Below are positions 61,042 to 64,000 of a stretch of 64,000 bases of DNA, piece after piece. The position numbers and the translations under genes were made by a program. Below the pieces are notes generated by a model. The model was not told the origin of the DNA. It did not search any database and saw nothing but the letters and a program-made list of their open reading frames with translations. Origin of the DNA: Rhynchobatus australiae (Eukaryota); contig JAUZTB010000076.1 in the NCBI GenBank assembly GCA_034780895.1, positions 38,522,191-38,586,190 on the forward strand, read 5' to 3'. The stretch's first letter is position 1. Every line of letters begins with the position of its first letter.

Positions 61042-61779
61042 CTGAAAATCAGACAAGTAACAGTTAGGAAGTTATTCAACCATTAGTGAATTCCTATGGC
61101 TTTGCTCATTGACAAATTTTGTTCATTATTTAACATGAGTGAACCAAAGCAGCTACAACACTGACAGGTTCACAAACAGAGATACAATGGAGCAGATCCT
61201 CAGCCTTTTTCTTGATACTTTCACGGGATGAGGGCATTGCTGCTGATGCCAACTGTGAAGACCCTTCACTAATTGTCCTTGAGAGGGTGTGGTGAGGTGT
61301 CTTCTTGGACTGCTGTACTCCTTGTGAATGGGCTCCCGCAATGCTTGAGGAGGGAGATCAATGATGAAGATAAAGGAAGAGTTAAGCATTTCCAAATCAA
61401 TGAGTTATGTAACTTGAGGGTGAATTTGCTGACAATGGTGTGCCTGCTGTCCCTAACCTTCCAGGCAACGTAAGCTACTCATTTGGAAGATTCCTAGATT
61501 CCCTACCCACCCCCACTACCCTCTCAATATGTTCAATTTAACTGAAATTCTAACTAAGACTCTACTTTCTGAATTTTTACCATTATTTCAAGTAGTGCAG
61601 TTAGATTGTCATACACAATTTTTAATTAGCAAAAGAATTAATCAATACTATTAATGAGATGTTAAGAAATGGCTGGCTATACGGGATACAGAAAAGGGGG
61701 CAGGACAATACTCAAGCTGAAGAACCAGCCTCATTTCTATGCAAGCTGTCTATCTGATTATGTGAAAAATTATGCAGAT

Positions 61780-63000
61780 ACATCCAGTCCACAAGACCAG
61801 AATAAATCTAAGCTAGACAATTACTGCCCCATAAGTCTACTTTAAATTGTTCCCTTCTCCCTTTTGGGCTTGTCCAGCTTCTCCCTAAATACATCTTCTC
61901 AACTACTTCCCATGGTAGCCAGCTGCAAATTCTCACCACTCACTCAATAAAGGCACTTCCTCTGAATTCCCTGCTGGATTTCTTGATGACTGTCTTAAAT
62001 TGATGGCTTCTTGTTACATTCCTCCCCACAAATAGAAAAAAAATTCTCTATACCCATCCTCTCAATTTTTTTTTCATAATTTTAAAGACATTTATTTGTC
62101 ACCCCTTAGGATTCCTTTTTCCTGAGAAAAGAGACCTTGTCTGTTCATCCTTTCCTGATATGTACACCCTCATATTCTTGGTAATATCCTTGTAAATCTT
62201 CTCTGCACCTTCCCCATTGCCTCTTTATCTATTTAATTATATGGCAACTAGAACTCAATGCAGTACTCTGAGTGTGGTTTAATCAATGTTAAATCCAGGT
62301 TTAGTGCAACCCATACTTTTCAATTCTATCCCTCTTGAAATAAATCCTTATGTTTGGTTTGGTTTATGTTTGTGTTGTTAACCTGTGGTGCAACTTCTCA
62401 TGATTAGTTTATTTGTGCTCTGAGATCCCTTTGTTTTCCCAACCCACCTTCCAGTTGCTGTGATCTCCCTATTCTTCCTACCGAGAGTACTACCTAGCAT
62501 TTATCTGTGTTGAACTTTATGTGCCAATTATTTGCAAGTTTTTTTAAACACTATTCTGTAATTTGTTGCAGTTTCCTAGATACTGGCCATCTCCTCACAA
62601 TTCAGTACTGTCTGCAATTTAGAAAATATATTTTTTATTCCGAAGTCTAAATTATAAACTGTGAACAGCAGAAGTCCCAGCACAGTTTCTTGTGGAACAT
62701 CACCAACTATAGTTTTCCATTGTGAATAGCTACCCATTACTCCCACTCCCTGCTTTCTATCTTTAATCCAGCTGGAAATCCATTGGACGTTAAGCTGACT
62801 GGTCTATAATTCCCTGGACACGTTTTATCCTCCTTCTTAAATACATGCATTACATTAGCAGTCTGCTAGTCCTCCAGAACAACACCTTTCCCTAACAAAT
62901 TATTACATTTGTATAGTAATGATTTTGTTTTCCCTTTCCTAGATTCTCTTGAAATGTGTGGTTGCAATCTATCTGGACTAGGAGTTTTATCCTATTTCAG
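61780..63000 (-). mobile_element. Degraded CR1 LINE ORF2 fragment
   Basis: Minus: ccagggaattatagaccagtcagcttaac (PGNYRPVSLT), tctaaattgcagacag (SKxADx), ccacactcagagtactgcattgagttctag (PHxEYCIEF). Confidence 0.75.
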
Positions 63001-64000
63001 TTTAATTAGTCTGCTTAGCATGTCCTTTTTTAAATGCATTTATCTCATCTCATCATCCAAATATCATGAAAAATGGAATAACCTCAGTCTAAACCTCCAA
63101 AAAACAAAACTGTGCCACAGCATCTTTTCCTGTATAAATCATCTGGTGACTTCTCTGCCACCTTTGTTAAATAAGGGATCTAAATTCTGCCTCAAACCAG
63201 AGTTAAAATTGCACAGCTCCATTTAATGCAGCAAGATCACTACCAGGATAAAAACAAAGAAAGGAAGAGAAGTTTGTTTTATCAGTGGGCAATGGAGTGA
63301 AATCTATGTACCAGAAATAAAAATCTGTATCTCACCCAATAAGCCATTTCTTCCTGGATATTACATTTTTATACCACTTTTTTTTTATATAAATTGCTGA
63401 TAAGTCAATGTATCATAAATTGTAAACTACTGGCATTGAGCTTTCGCTCAGCAATTTTTATTTGTCAGTTTTACTATATTATTTCATAATTATTCTGGCT
63501 GTGGCTCTGAAAATTCTAATTGAATAAAACTTTAAGTGTATTTATTTATATTGAAGCTCTAAATGGAATAGTGCCAGAAAATATGACTGGGGCCCCAATG
63601 CATCACACTTCAACCAAGTGCAGATTACACTTGAACTTTGTAGTCTCACGATCATGACTTTAGTGTTTGGCCAGTGCGACATGACCAGTTCAATGACTTA
63701 GCACATCACAACAGGGACTGCTATTGTGGATGGCCTGCACTAGTTCAGGCTAGCTAAAGCTGACTGACGTCCTGGAATCCAAATATCTCTGTAGCATATC
63801 AAAAGAGCCTAAAGGACTCACGATACAGTGGGAACCCCAATTGTCTGAGACAAATGAACTGATGATCTTTGTTGGTGAGGTGAGAGCAGGAGGGAAATCC
63901 TCTACCTTTAGGAAGTCAGGACACCCCTGAATATATGCTGAAGCATAGGTGGGAGGAAGCAGCTTTGGAGGCAATTGTAAGAAGCACAGTCTCAAGGACT

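Noticed and set aside
61042-64000. Search for the upstream SGIP1 exon (NGAPNGFYAEIDWERY-like)
   Set aside because: No match found; it presumably lies beyond the window.

Overview
Eukaryotic vertebrate genomic DNA from a gappy draft assembly. The repeat content (CR1 LINEs, V-domain/HE1-like SINEs, Penelope-derived hairpin repeats, Harbinger relics) points to a cartilaginous fish; this is inferred. The window is occupied by one minus-strand multi-exon gene, SGIP1 (muniscin/FCHO-family endocytic adaptor). I reconstructed 18 coding exons by hand with consistent splice phases, from NSPEVDDEGYSIRP (61041) to the stop in GKYMADN* (6300), plus a putative ~3 kb 3'UTR. The 5' exons lie beyond the window, and the penultimate muHD exon is probably hidden in the N gap at 8910-9410. 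The most notable observations are: a U12-type AT-AC intron with an in-frame GT-AG pair nested around it; 9-nt and 12-nt microexons with neural splicing motifs; a NAGNAG acceptor; an in-frame 84-nt alternative acceptor; and two possible intronic routes to a muHD-less short isoform, one ending in a Cys-rich hydrophobic tail-anchor-like segment. The Penelope-derived palindromic repeats carry degenerate hammerhead-ribozyme cores; one has a 14-bp TSD and one lies in sense orientation in the 3'UTR. Comparisons with human SGIP1 and repeat consensi are from memory, not database searches. Most ORF-track entries are spurious or are artifacts of the N runs.
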